Source: Candidatus Multivoradales bacterium (lineage in GTDB: Bacteria; Acidobacteriota; Thermoanaerobaculia; Multivoradales; JAHEKO01). From it: a stretch of DNA of 64,000 nt. The notes beneath the pieces were generated by a model. The model had not been told where the DNA came from, did no database searches, and saw only the letters and a program-made list of their open reading frames with translations. Within the stretch, counting starts at the first letter, position 1; every line of letters starts with the position of its first letter. Shown here piece after piece: positions 41,085-50,709 of this stretch. The stretch covers positions 384,001 through 448,000 of the forward strand of contig CBDFIJ010000004.1 of assembly GCA_965248055.1 (NCBI GenBank), in the 5' to 3' direction. The position numbers and the translations under genes were made by a program.

Positions 41085-41447
41085 TTAGAAATCCGCCGCG
41101 CTGCGCTCGATCTCGACCCCCACTGATCGGGCAAAGCGCAACGCACCTGGCTTTTCCACCCGTACCTTAGCTCGTTCGGCGTGAAATTCCTGGATCGCGA
41201 TGCGGGCAATCTCTGCGGCCAACTTCTCGACCAGAAAGTAGGAGGACTCCTCAGCTAACTGCAAGATGCGCTTGGTCAAGGTGCGGTAGTTGAGGGTCTG
41301 CGCCACGTCGTCGCTGGCCGCCGCTGATCGGGTATCAAAGGTCAGTTGCAAGTTAAGCAGAACGTCCTGGCGGTTCTCTCGCTCCCAGTCGTTGATGCCG
41401 AGAATCGTTCGCACCAGCAAGTCTCGAATCAAGATTTGGTCTTGCAT
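41085..41447 (-). CDS. folB: Dihydroneopterin aldolase / epimerase (FolB/FolX family)
   Basis: ILGINDWER, LNYRT, LVEKLA, VEKPGAL. Confidence 0.8.
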   Translation of the reverse strand: MQDQILIRDLLVRTILGINDWERENRQDVLLNLQLTFDTRSAAASDDVAQTLNYRTLTKRILQLAEESSYFLVEKLAAEIARIAIQEFHAERAKVRVEKPGALRFARSVGVEIERSAADF

Positions 41448-41457
41448 CGATATCCCT

Positions 41458-42255
41458 CTAACCTTCGGTTGGAGCTTGGTCTTCGGGCGCGCGCCGAGCG
41501 CCGACTCCCAAGAGATTTTCGCCGCCGTCCACCGGAATCGCAGCGCCGGTGATGAAGCCGCTCTCCATCAAGAAGGCGACGGTCGACACCACGTCTTCCG
41601 GTGTACCGGTGCGTTGCAAGGGCAAACGCTTACCCCAGTGCCGCCACTGCTCCGACTCAACGTCGACCCCGGACGCAGGCAGAATCGCTCCGGGGATGAG
41701 CGCGTTCACCCTCACCTCCGGCGCCAACTCGCGGGCCAGTGTTTTGGTCAGGTGAAGTAGCCCAGCTTTGCTCACTCCATGCACCGCATAACCACTCCAA
41801 GCATGCAATGCAGAGAGATCACACAGGTGAACCACGGAGGCCGGCCTCTGGTTGGCCTCAAAACTCCGTCGCAGGTGAGGTAGCAGAGCGCGGGTCACTA
41901 GATAGGGGGCTCGCAGGTTAACCCCAAGAATCCGATTCCAGGCTTCCTCGTCGATGTCGTCAATGTTGCCCTGACGAAAGCTAGCAGCACTGTGAACGAT
42001 TCCGTCCAATCTCCCGGCACTGCCCACCGCGCGATCCAGGGCATCGCATGCCGAACCGTCTGCCAGGTCGGCCTGGACCAACCAGGCTTCGCCCCCCAAG
42101 CTCTGCACCGCCTCTGCGGTTTCCTCCGCACCGGCCTGGGAAGTGCCGTAGTGAACCAGAATGGATGCTCCGCGCTCCGCCAAGCCAAGAGCGATGTCCC
42201 GCCCCAGGCGGTGCCCCGCTCCGGTCACCAGAAACACGGCCTCAGCTATCTGCAT
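41458..42255 (-). CDS. Pteridine reductase-like SDR (FolM/PTR1 type)
   Basis: TGAGHRLG, HYGTS, SK, VRVNALIPG; directly upstream of folB/folK. Confidence 0.75.
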   Translation of the reverse strand: MQIAEAVFLVTGAGHRLGRDIALGLAERGASILVHYGTSQAGAEETAEAVQSLGGEAWLVQADLADGSACDALDRAVGSAGRLDGIVHSAASFRQGNIDDIDEEAWNRILGVNLRAPYLVTRALLPHLRRSFEANQRPASVVHLCDLSALHAWSGYAVHGVSKAGLLHLTKTLARELAPEVRVNALIPGAILPASGVDVESEQWRHWGKRLPLQRTGTPEDVVSTVAFLMESGFITGAAIPVDGGENLLGVGARRAPEDQAPTEG

Positions 42256-42298
42256 ACGTTGGATTCCATCGTCGACTCCGCTCTCGGTCCCCTAGCGC

Positions 42299-43444
42299 TC
42301 AACCCGCTGGCTCGGCGTCCCCATCGAGGGTTCCGGTTAAGTCGTCGACCGTGCGTTGAATCGCCTCAGCCAAGACTCCGTCGAAGAATCTCTCTGATGC
42401 AGCGTCGCGAACGAACTCTTTGCGCCACTGAGACAGGTCCCACTGAGATAAATCCAAGTCCTCACCGAGGGTTTCAAAAGTGACTTCCTGCTCCTCCGAA
42501 CTCTCTGTTTCCTGATTGGCAGCTTGCCGCTCCACCAGAGCCGATGTCACCTGGGCGAGCAAGTCTGCGAGGAATCCGTGCACTTTGTCGACCTGCTGCC
42601 GACCCTCGAAGACCGGACCGTGGCCGGGAATTACATACTTGGGCTCCAAGCCAGACAACTCACTGAGGGTCTCCAGCCAGCTGCGCGGATAGCCATGGCC
42701 AATGTAGGGCAGGTCGTCCACCACATCCCCAGTAATCAACACCCCGGTCCCCGGCAGGTAGACCACCAGATCACCCCGGGTGTGTGCGACATAGGAATGT
42801 ACTTCAATTCGGCGAGCGCCGTCGTGCAGGGTCAACGCATCACCCATCGCAACTTCAGGAGTCAAGAAGCGAAGTTCTCGATGTGCCAGCAACCACTCTT
42901 CGGCCCGCGCAATACCCGCCTCTTGGGCCGGCAAGTCTTCAGCGGCCAACTCATTGCCCTCTTGATCCCGGCCCAGCTTCAACTGTTCCCTGGTGGGGGG
43001 CAGGATCTCATCCAGCCTGGCGACCCGAGCGGTGATCTGTTTTGCCGCCCGAGCGGGAACGTCTTCGGCCAAGGTTCGGTGCCCGATCAGACCAATCTCG
43101 GCCCCCAAGCGCGCCCGAATCTGTTCGTTGCCTTGGGTGTGGTCGGAATGCCAATGAGTATTGATCAACCAGCGCACTTGGCGTGACGTTCGCTCCGCTA
43201 GTTGATCCAGGAGCTGATCGAGGCGCTCCGTCTTCGCCGGTGCGTCAACCATGATCAACCCGTCCTCACCCCAGTCGATGAACACCACGTTGGCGTCATC
43301 AAACCGCTCTTCGTCCGGCTGCAGAGCGGCAACCACACCCGGTGCCACCTGTTGCCAAGTCCAATCTTGCGCACCCATCGGGGGCCCGGAGAACGCGGCG
43401 ACGGCTACGCAAAAACAGAAAAAAAGAAATCTCCGGGTGCTCAT
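42299..43444 (-). CDS. Secreted MBL-fold metallohydrolase
   Basis: Signal peptide; THWHSDHTQGN, AHTRGD, TGD, IPGHG. Confidence 0.85.
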   Translation of the reverse strand: MSTRRFLFFCFCVAVAAFSGPPMGAQDWTWQQVAPGVVAALQPDEERFDDANVVFIDWGEDGLIMVDAPAKTERLDQLLDQLAERTSRQVRWLINTHWHSDHTQGNEQIRARLGAEIGLIGHRTLAEDVPARAAKQITARVARLDEILPPTREQLKLGRDQEGNELAAEDLPAQEAGIARAEEWLLAHRELRFLTPEVAMGDALTLHDGARRIEVHSYVAHTRGDLVVYLPGTGVLITGDVVDDLPYIGHGYPRSWLETLSELSGLEPKYVIPGHGPVFEGRQQVDKVHGFLADLLAQVTSALVERQAANQETESSEEQEVTFETLGEDLDLSQWDLSQWRKEFVRDAASERFFDGVLAEAIQRTVDDLTGTLDGDAEPAG

Positions 43445-43463
43445 GGTGGGTTAGCCTAACGGT

Positions 43464-43985
43464 ATGGAGTCCCCAGCCAAAATACATCGTGATCAAGGCC
43501 GCGCGGCTCGCGCCCGTTGTGCCGTGCTCACGGTCTCAGATAGCCGTGATCTCGACAACGACCCTAGCGGTGACCTGATCCAGCAAAAGCTCGCGGCGGC
43601 CGGGCACCAAGTCGACCAACGAGCCTTGATTGCCGACGACATCGGCTTGATTCGTGCCCACATTGGAGCGTGGTTGGACGGCCAACAAATTAACCTGATC
43701 CTTTGCACCGGAGGTACTGGGGTCGCAACGCGGGACCAAACCGTTGAAGCGGTTCGACCGCTATGGCAGCGAGAGCTATCCGGCTTCGGGGAACTCTTCC
43801 GAGCCCTATCGTTTGCGGAGATCGGCTCGGCAGCAATGCTCAGTCGCGCCGGAGCTGGCGTGGTCAACCAAACCGCAATCTTCCTGCTACCTGGATCGCC
43901 CAACGCGGTCGAACTGGCGATGGATCGCTTGATTGTGCCGGAGATCGGTCATTTGTTGGGTCTACTGCGCCCCGGGGATGGCTGA
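43464..43985 (+). CDS. moaB: Molybdenum cofactor biosynthesis protein MoaB/MogA
   Basis: LTVSD, D.SG, TGGTG..RD.T, GFGE.FR, AMLSRA, LPGS. Confidence 0.9.
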   Translation: MESPAKIHRDQGRAARARCAVLTVSDSRDLDNDPSGDLIQQKLAAAGHQVDQRALIADDIGLIRAHIGAWLDGQQINLILCTGGTGVATRDQTVEAVRPLWQRELSGFGELFRALSFAEIGSAAMLSRAGAGVVNQTAIFLLPGSPNAVELAMDRLIVPEIGHLLGLLRPGDG

Positions 43986-45029
43986 GGTAGATGGGGACAC
44001 AAACAAAGTATTGTGTCCCCCGGCCCGCCGGGATAGCGTCACCTTGCCAAAATGCCGACCACTGGCCAGAAATCCCAGGGCTTGCGGTAGCTCGGATAAT
44101 CCGAAGGTCCGATCGACCACGGGGCGCAGACGCTGCTCGGTCATCGCGGCCACCATTTCTTCGGCACCCTGACGATGACCGACGACTACGCCCTGGAGGC
44201 GGACCTGCCCCATCAGCACTGGCACCACCGAAAACTGGGACACCGCGCCGGACAGGACTCCGATGATGGCAATGGTGCCGCCCATTTTGACCGCCGCCAA
44301 TGCTTGCGACAGGGTTTCTGCACCCCCAACGTCGACCACCAAATCGACCCCGTCGCCAGCCCACTGTCGTGCAGCTTTGCCCCAATACGGATTGCTTCGA
44401 TAGTTAACCGTGGCATCAGCGCCTAGCTCTACTGCCTTCTCCAGTTTCTGATCGCTCGAGGAGGTAACGAACACTTCAGCTCCCCGAAGCTTGGCAAACT
44501 GGAGAGCAAAGATGGACACCCCACCGGTTCCCTCAACCAAGACCTTGTCGCCAGCTCCAATACCGCTCAACCCCACCACCGCGCTCCAGGCGGTCAATCC
44601 AGCGCAAGGCAGGGTCGCTGCTTCGGCGTCGGTTAGGTATTCGGGTACCGGCAGCACACCTTCAGCCGGTAACACGATCGACTCGGCAAAGGTCCCTGGC
44701 AACGGCCCGCCAAGGGTCTGCCGCACGACATCTCGCACCGGAGGCCCAGATCGCCACTTGGGAGAGAACAGACCGAAGACTCGTTGACCGAGTAAGGCTT
44801 CCTCAGCTTGGGAACCAACCTCGACCACGGTGCCGACCCCGTCCGATCCTGGAATCAACGGCAGCGGTTGTTTGGGGTTGTAGTGCCCCTCGATCATCAT
44901 CAGGTCTCGATAATTGATCGACTGAGCGGCCAGCTCCAGTCGCACCTCCCCAGGCTGCGGGCTCGGAGTTTCCACCGTCTCCCATTGCAGGTTGCTCAAA
45001 CCAAACTGATGGATCCGCCACGCTTTCAT
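43962..45029 (-). CDS. MDR-family NAD(P)-dependent alcohol dehydrogenase/oxidoreductase
   Basis: SINYRD, PGSDG.G, AATLPCAGLTAW, GTGGVS, HFGKV. Confidence 0.9.
   Translation of the reverse strand: MKAWRIHQFGLSNLQWETVETPSPQPGEVRLELAAQSINYRDLMMIEGHYNPKQPLPLIPGSDGVGTVVEVGSQAEEALLGQRVFGLFSPKWRSGPPVRDVVRQTLGGPLPGTFAESIVLPAEGVLPVPEYLTDAEAATLPCAGLTAWSAVVGLSGIGAGDKVLVEGTGGVSIFALQFAKLRGAEVFVTSSSDQKLEKAVELGADATVNYRSNPYWGKAARQWAGDGVDLVVDVGGAETLSQALAAVKMGGTIAIIGVLSGAVSQFSVVPVLMGQVRLQGVVVGHRQGAEEMVAAMTEQRLRPVVDRTFGLSELPQALGFLASGRHFGKVTLSRRAGGHNTLFVSPSTSAIPGAQ
43993..44020. repeat. 28-bp hairpin GGGGACACAAACAAAGTATTGTGTCCCC
   Basis: Second copy of the 12756-12783 element, inverted. Confidence 0.9.
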
Positions 45030-45496
45030 GCGTCTGCCTCAAGCACCTGGCGGATCCGTTGGCTCAGTGTTTCCCCTTCTGAGGTCGACAGCGACCCTGG
45101 CTGCCAACCGATTCCCAGGCCACTTTCGCCGATCTTGGGAATGATGTGAAAGTGGACGTGGAAGACCACTTGGTGTGCATTGGGTCCGTTGTTTTGCAAC
45201 AAGTTGTAGGCGCTGGCACCGGTCACCCGACACACCGCGCGGGCAATCTGCGGCAGCACCCGACCCACGGCAGCAGCCGATTGCTCGCTCAGTTCGTGTA
45301 GGTAGCGTGCCCTCTGCTTGGGAATCACCAGGGTGTGGCCCAGCGACAGCGGCGAGATATCCAAGAAAGCGAGCACTTGCTCGTCTTCGTAAACTTTGTG
45401 ACTGGGAATGTCGCCGCTTAGAATGCGGTCGAAGATGGTGGGTTCGAACCCACCTTCAGGCAACTCAAGAAAATCTGCCGAATCGTCATTCATCAC
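45026..45496 (-). CDS. HIT family hydrolase
   Basis: TIFDRI, GHTLVIPK, HVHFHIIP histidine triad. Confidence 0.9.
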   Translation of the reverse strand: MMNDDSADFLELPEGGFEPTIFDRILSGDIPSHKVYEDEQVLAFLDISPLSLGHTLVIPKQRARYLHELSEQSAAAVGRVLPQIARAVCRVTGASAYNLLQNNGPNAHQVVFHVHFHIIPKIGESGLGIGWQPGSLSTSEGETLSQRIRQVLEADA

Positions 45497-45540
45497 TCAA
45501 TTCTAGACCGCCCGGCTCTCGGGCTTTGAGAAACAACTTC

Positions 45541-48240
45541 ATGGACTCCCATTCTCTTTCCTATCAACCGGCTCTCTCCTATCAACGCGCGGTTCTGGAC
45601 AACGGCTTGACGGTGATTCTGCACCAAGACCGCAAGGTACCGCATGTCGCGGTCAATGTTTGGTATCTGGTTGGCTCCAAGAACGAACGACCCGGTAAGA
45701 CCGGGCTGGCGCATCTGTTTGAGCACTTGATGTTCGAAGGCAGCCTGCACCATGATGGCGAGTATTTCGCTCCACTTGAGGATGTCGGCGCTACCCAAAT
45801 CAACGGCACCACCAGTCGCGACCGTACCAATTACTTCCAAACGGTGCCGGTCCACGCCTTGGACCTAGCTCTGTGGTTGGAGTCCGACCGGATGGGCTAT
45901 TTCCTCGAAGCCTTCACCGAGGAAAAGCTCGAAGAACAACGCTCCGTGGTGCTCAACGAAATGCGCCAGGGCTACAACCAACCCTACGGCAAACTGTGGA
46001 AGGTAATCGCCGAGTCCACCTATCCGATCGGCCACCCCTACTCGTGGCCGGTAATTGGTCATGAAGCCGATGTCGAAGGCGTTACGATGGACGACGCTCG
46101 CAACTGGTTTCAGACCTACTACGGACCGACCAACGCAGTTCTCTCGCTGGCAGGAGACATCGACTTTGATGACGCCCTGAAACGAGTCGAACGGTATTTT
46201 GGAGCGATTGCTCCTGGTGAGCCGATCGTCGCACCGGGAATCTGGACCGCCGAGCGCAGCGAGTCGAGATCGATGCGCATGCAAGAGCGTGTGCCGCAAG
46301 CCAAGCTGACCTGCCTATGGAACATTCCGGCGATCACTGATCCAGAGTTTTCGGCGCTGAGCTACTGCGCCAGCGTTCTGGCATCGGGACGTTCTTCAGT
46401 CCTGTTTCGCCGCTTAGTGCACCAAGATCAATTGGTTACCGATATCCACGCTTCGCTACGGCCAGGCGTGATTGGCTCCAACTTCGTAGTCCAAGCCGAC
46501 GCTCGTCCGGGGGTCGAACTGGATCAGGTCTATCGTGCAATCGAGGAAGAATTGCTAGCCGCCGCCAACAACAGCCTCGATGCGGATCAACTCGAGCGAA
46601 CCCAAACCCAAGTCCGGTCGGGGATGCTCAGTCGGATGCAGCGCGTCGGTGGCCTGTCCGGCAAGGCCAACACTCTGGCCTCGGGACAAGCATTCTTTGG
46701 CCAACCGGACATCGTCCTGGAGCAAATGGCCCAGGGCATGGCCTTGACCACAGAAGATCTCCATCAAGGAATGGCGAGGTGGTTGGTCGAGCAGGGGTCC
46801 TTGCGTGGGGTGCTGCGGCTGGATACCGTGCCGTTTGAAGCCACATCAGCATCGATCGAGACAGCGGACAACCTAGAGGTCGACCGTTCGCATCATCCCC
46901 AGCTGGCTGAGCCGCAGCCCACGGTGCACCCAGCTATTGAGCAACGGACTCTGGACAACGGTGCACAACTGCTCCACATCCACCGTCCAGATTTGCCCTT
47001 GGTACAAATCGCCATTACATTGCCCGGTGGCTTTGCCTCGGACCTCAGTTCTATTTCTGGTACCGCCAGTATGACCGCGAGCGCCCTGGCTGAGGGCACC
47101 CAAAACAAGGACGCCTTCGCTATCAGCGACCAAGTGCGCTCGCTCGGAGCCCGGCTTTCGATCGGTGCCCACCTGGATGGCACGGCGTTGTCGATTACGG
47201 CGTTGGAAGACAAGCTCCAACCGACCTTGGATCTCGCCTCCGAATTAGTTGCGCAAGCAACCTTTCCTCAGGAAGGCGTCGATCGCCTGCGAGAAGAGCT
47301 ACGCGCCGACATTGCCCAAGAACAAGCGACCCCCGGGCACCTGGCTCAAAGGCTCTTGCCCAAGATTCTGTTTGGCTCGGGTCATCCCTATGCCATCCCC
47401 TTTACCGGCAGCGGCACCGAGGCAGATCTGGAAAACATCACTCGGCAACGACTCGAAGAACATCGGGACCAGTGGTATATCGGCTCTCAAGCCAAGATCG
47501 CGGTGGCCGGATCGATCGATGTCGAGGACATCAGCGCCCGTCTCCAGGCCATGCTCAACTCCTGGCCCACCGGTGCGGTGGCGACGCCTGAGGTCGACGC
47601 GTTGGCCAACCCGGCGCCGGGTATCACCTTCGTCGAACGCCCGGGATCCGAGCAAGCGTTGATCTTCGGCGGGATTCTGGCCCCTGCCATCGACCCCGAG
47701 CGAACCGCGCCCTTGGAGATCTTCAACTCCGCGTTCGGCGGGTCCTTTACTTCCCGGATCAACACCAACCTGCGCGAAGACAAAGCTTGGACCTACGGCG
47801 CTCACTCGACCATCGTCCAAACGCGCGGGCTACGACCCTTTTTGGTCTATACCGAAGTCGACCGAGAGCACGCGCTGGACGCAATCTTGGAACTCAAGCG
47901 CGAGTTGTCCGAAATCCGCGGCCCACGTCCTGTCGACCGGCACGAACTGGAGCGCACGCGCAGCAACTTGCTGCTATCACTACCCGCAACCTGGGAGACC
48001 TTGGGAGCCGCCACTCACGTCTTGAGTGACTTGCTCACCTACGATCTACCGGTATCTACCCTCGACCACTACGTTGAATCCCTGCGCCGAACCACCCTCG
48101 CCGACGTCGCCCAAGCCATCGAATCCTGGACCGATCCCAGACAGATGGTTTGGGTGGTGGTCGGCGATGCCGGAGTTGGCGAAATGCTGGAGAGCAAATT
48201 CGAAGTCACCCGTTTGGACGTCGACGGCGAGGCTGTGTAG
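45541..48240 (+). CDS. M16 (pitrilysin-like) zinc peptidase
   Basis: GLAHLFEHLMF, two M16 halves, NLREDKAWTY; start set at ATG 45541. Confidence 0.9.
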   Translation: MDSHSLSYQPALSYQRAVLDNGLTVILHQDRKVPHVAVNVWYLVGSKNERPGKTGLAHLFEHLMFEGSLHHDGEYFAPLEDVGATQINGTTSRDRTNYFQTVPVHALDLALWLESDRMGYFLEAFTEEKLEEQRSVVLNEMRQGYNQPYGKLWKVIAESTYPIGHPYSWPVIGHEADVEGVTMDDARNWFQTYYGPTNAVLSLAGDIDFDDALKRVERYFGAIAPGEPIVAPGIWTAERSESRSMRMQERVPQAKLTCLWNIPAITDPEFSALSYCASVLASGRSSVLFRRLVHQDQLVTDIHASLRPGVIGSNFVVQADARPGVELDQVYRAIEEELLAAANNSLDADQLERTQTQVRSGMLSRMQRVGGLSGKANTLASGQAFFGQPDIVLEQMAQGMALTTEDLHQGMARWLVEQGSLRGVLRLDTVPFEATSASIETADNLEVDRSHHPQLAEPQPTVHPAIEQRTLDNGAQLLHIHRPDLPLVQIAITLPGGFASDLSSISGTASMTASALAEGTQNKDAFAISDQVRSLGARLSIGAHLDGTALSITALEDKLQPTLDLASELVAQATFPQEGVDRLREELRADIAQEQATPGHLAQRLLPKILFGSGHPYAIPFTGSGTEADLENITRQRLEEHRDQWYIGSQAKIAVAGSIDVEDISARLQAMLNSWPTGAVATPEVDALANPAPGITFVERPGSEQALIFGGILAPAIDPERTAPLEIFNSAFGGSFTSRINTNLREDKAWTYGAHSTIVQTRGLRPFLVYTEVDREHALDAILELKRELSEIRGPRPVDRHELERTRSNLLLSLPATWETLGAATHVLSDLLTYDLPVSTLDHYVESLRRTTLADVAQAIESWTDPRQMVWVVVGDAGVGEMLESKFEVTRLDVDGEAV

Positions 48241-48263
48241 TTAGGTACATCCGTCGTAACACC

Positions 48264-48614
48264 TTTCGTAGGGCGGGATAAACCCCGCCCTACGAAACCG
48301 CTCAGGCCTGCCGGATGGCGAGGAAAATGAGACACCCTCTTCGTTGGGGAGCACTTTACGGGCCCCCGGAGCGGGGTAAGCCGGCCAGCGAAACATCGAG
48401 TTGTACCCATCCCTGGGGAGACACCGGTAACGACTCGGAACATCGAGATCCTTCGACTGCGGCCTTCGGCCTCCGCTCAGGATGACTATGGTGAGAGATC
48501 CCGCGGTCATGCCAAACCCATCCTTGGGAAAGATCAACTCAAACCGCCCCTCCCCAGTCATCCTGAGTGACCGGAGCGCAGCGAGGGAGTCGAAGGATCT
48601 CATCGCTCAGGATG
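48264..48614. repeat. REP/BIME-like mosaic upstream of upp
   Basis: GTAG hairpin 48264-48297; GAGATCCTTCGACT..GCTCAGGATGAC 48445-48486; complementary GTCATCCTGAG..GAAGGATCTC 48557-48601. Confidence 0.85.
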
Positions 48615-48688
48615 AAATCGACGCGCCAAGTCTCCTCTTGGACTTCTCGGTGCCTCGATGGCGGTAGGATTCCGCCAGAGGATGCACC

Positions 48689-49345
48689 ATGAGTAATCCA
48701 GAATCGCGATCGTCAATCACCTCAGAGCCATATGTACTCGACCACCCAGTCGCTCGGGCGATGGTCGGCAGCCTGCGCGACAAGAGCACCGGATCGGCGC
48801 TGTTTCGTCAGTTGGCGTCTGAGCTAGCGGCTCTGCTGACCTATGAAGCGACGCGGGACTTGGCAACCGCCAAGACTGAGGTTGAGATTTGGTCGGGACG
48901 TGCCACCGTTCCGCGCATCGACCCAGTCCCCACAGTGGTGCCGATTCTGCGCGCCGGACTGGGGATGATCGACGGGGTCTTGCGCCTTCTGCCGTCCGCA
49001 CCGGTGTCGGTCATTGGCATGTACCGCGATGAAGAGACCCTGCAGCCGGTTCCCTACTATGATGGACTGGTAGCCGACATTGCCCGACGACCGGCCTTGG
49101 TGGTCGACCCGATGCTGGCTACCGGGGGCAGTGCTCGCAGCGCGATCGAACAGCTCAAGAAGGCGGGATGCCGCGATATCCGAGCTTTGTTCTTGCTCTG
49201 TGCACCGGAAGGGGTCGCAGCTCTGCACCGCGACCATCCCGACGTTCCGGTTTACACCGCCGCTCTTGACGAGCGGCTGAACGACAACGGCTACATCCTG
49301 CCTGGCTTGGGCGATGCAGGCGATCGTTTGTTCGGTACTGAGTAG
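48689..49345 (+). CDS. upp: Uracil phosphoribosyltransferase
   Basis: VPILRAGLGM, VDPMLATGGS, GYILPGLGDAGDRLFGT. Confidence 0.95.
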   Translation: MSNPESRSSITSEPYVLDHPVARAMVGSLRDKSTGSALFRQLASELAALLTYEATRDLATAKTEVEIWSGRATVPRIDPVPTVVPILRAGLGMIDGVLRLLPSAPVSVIGMYRDEETLQPVPYYDGLVADIARRPALVVDPMLATGGSARSAIEQLKKAGCRDIRALFLLCAPEGVAALHRDHPDVPVYTAALDERLNDNGYILPGLGDAGDRLFGTE

Positions 49346-49350
49346 ATTGC

Positions 49351-50045
49351 GAGAACCGGACAGATCCCGGCTCCCCAACCCAACCCCCGCCGGGATGACG
49401 GGAAAAGCGGCCCAGCCGAGTTCATCCAGAAGTCTTCTTGCCAAGCAACACGACTAGACGAGCGCTTCAGCCCTTCCCGTCATCCTGAGCGACCGGAGCG
49501 GAGCGAGGGAGTCGAAAGATCTCAACTTTCTGCAGCTCGACCAAAAAAAGCGCCCTCTTCGTAAGGGGGCCCTTTACCGGCTCCCACGGTCATGGCTAAG
49601 CGCCTCAGCAAAACATCAATGGCAAAACAGAACGTCGAGATCCTTCGACTACGGCCTTCGGCCTCCGCTCAGGATGACCATGGTGAGAGATCCAATGGGC
49701 GGGGTACCCCACCACAGGTTCACTAGCTCTGGGGGGCCAAAGGATCGTCCTTCTTCATAGGAAAGCGCTTTACGGGCTCCCGCGGGCCGGGGGTAAACCC
49801 CGCCCACTGACTTTGACGCTACAAAGCTCTTCCCAAATGTCGTTATTAACCATTGACCCCGAACAGAGAATCTACATTCAGTAGGCACTCAACGCGTCCG
49901 AGTCCTTCCCTGATCCAGATCCACCCCTCCGTCATTCTCGCGGCGGAGCGCGTGGGGCGGGATTCTGTCCTCGGTAGGAGCGCCGTCACGAGAACCGGAC
50001 AGATACCGCCCCCTAACCACCCCCGCCGCGATGACGGGAGAAAGC
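49351..50045. repeat. REP/BIME-like mosaic between upp and arsC
   Basis: GAGAACCGGACAGAT..GATGACGGG at 49351 and 49990; GTCATCCTGAG unit 49479-49523; GAGATCC..AGGATGAC 49637-49678; GTAG-type remnants. Confidence 0.85.
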
Positions 50046-50112
50046 AGTTTCACTGGAGTTCTTCATCGACTTTCTCCGGTGCAAGTTGGACGACGCAAAC
50101 AAAAATCTTGGC

Positions 50113-50469
50113 TCACAATAACTCACGGACACGCTCCGTCGGGCGGCCAATCACCGCGCGCTGGCCACGAATTACGATCGGCCGCTCGATCAACTTCGGA
50201 TGCTCAAGCAAGATTTCGAGCCATTGATCTCGGTCGAGGTCACGGTCGGCAAGACCCAATTCACGAAACACAGCTTCTCCCCGGCGTACGATCTCGTTCG
50301 GCTCCATCCCCAGCAATGTCAGGGCTTTTTCCAACTCAGCCTTGGTTGGCGGATGCTGGAGGTAATTAACCACCCGGATCGCTTCTCCGCTCTCTTCGAT
50401 CATCGAAAGCGCCGCGCGACTCTTGGAGCAGCGCGGGTTGTGGAAGATGGTCCAGGGGTGATTCGTCAT
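50113..50469 (-). CDS. arsC: Arsenate reductase (glutaredoxin) family protein
   Basis: HNPRCSKSR, HPKLIERPIV, IGRP. Confidence 0.85.
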   Translation of the reverse strand: MTNHPWTIFHNPRCSKSRAALSMIEESGEAIRVVNYLQHPPTKAELEKALTLLGMEPNEIVRRGEAVFRELGLADRDLDRDQWLEILLEHPKLIERPIVIRGQRAVIGRPTERVRELL

Positions 50470-50580
50470 TGGTCAATCATCTCTTAGGAAAATGTAACGC
50501 CACATTCTGGGGCTCCGCTTGTTCACATACCGCCGGCTGGTCAGGGCCAGGGGAGGGGGCAATCCCCTCTCCCTACTGAG

Positions 50581-50709
50581 TCAGAAGCCCGTTGATCAGA
50601 AGCCCGCCAATCAGGAGCCAGCCAATCAGGAGCCAGCTATTCGGAAGCCCTTTATTGGAGAGACAGTATTCAGGAGCCATTACTCAGAGGCCCTTTACTC
50701 AGAAGCCAG
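50581..50709. repeat. Degenerate about 15-bp tandem repeat (TCAGAAGCC core, about 9 units)
   Basis: TCAGAAGCCCGTTGA TCAGAAGCCCGCCAA TCAGGAGCCAGCCAA ...; the last unit is the 3' end of the M28 gene. Confidence 0.8.

Noticed and set aside
45175-45540. N-terminal extension of the M16 peptidase ORF
   Set aside because: Overlaps the HIT gene on the opposite strand; family similarity begins near ATG 45541.
48264-50709. Repeat clusters as a possible CRISPR array
   Set aside because: No constant repeat with regular unique spacers and no cas genes.
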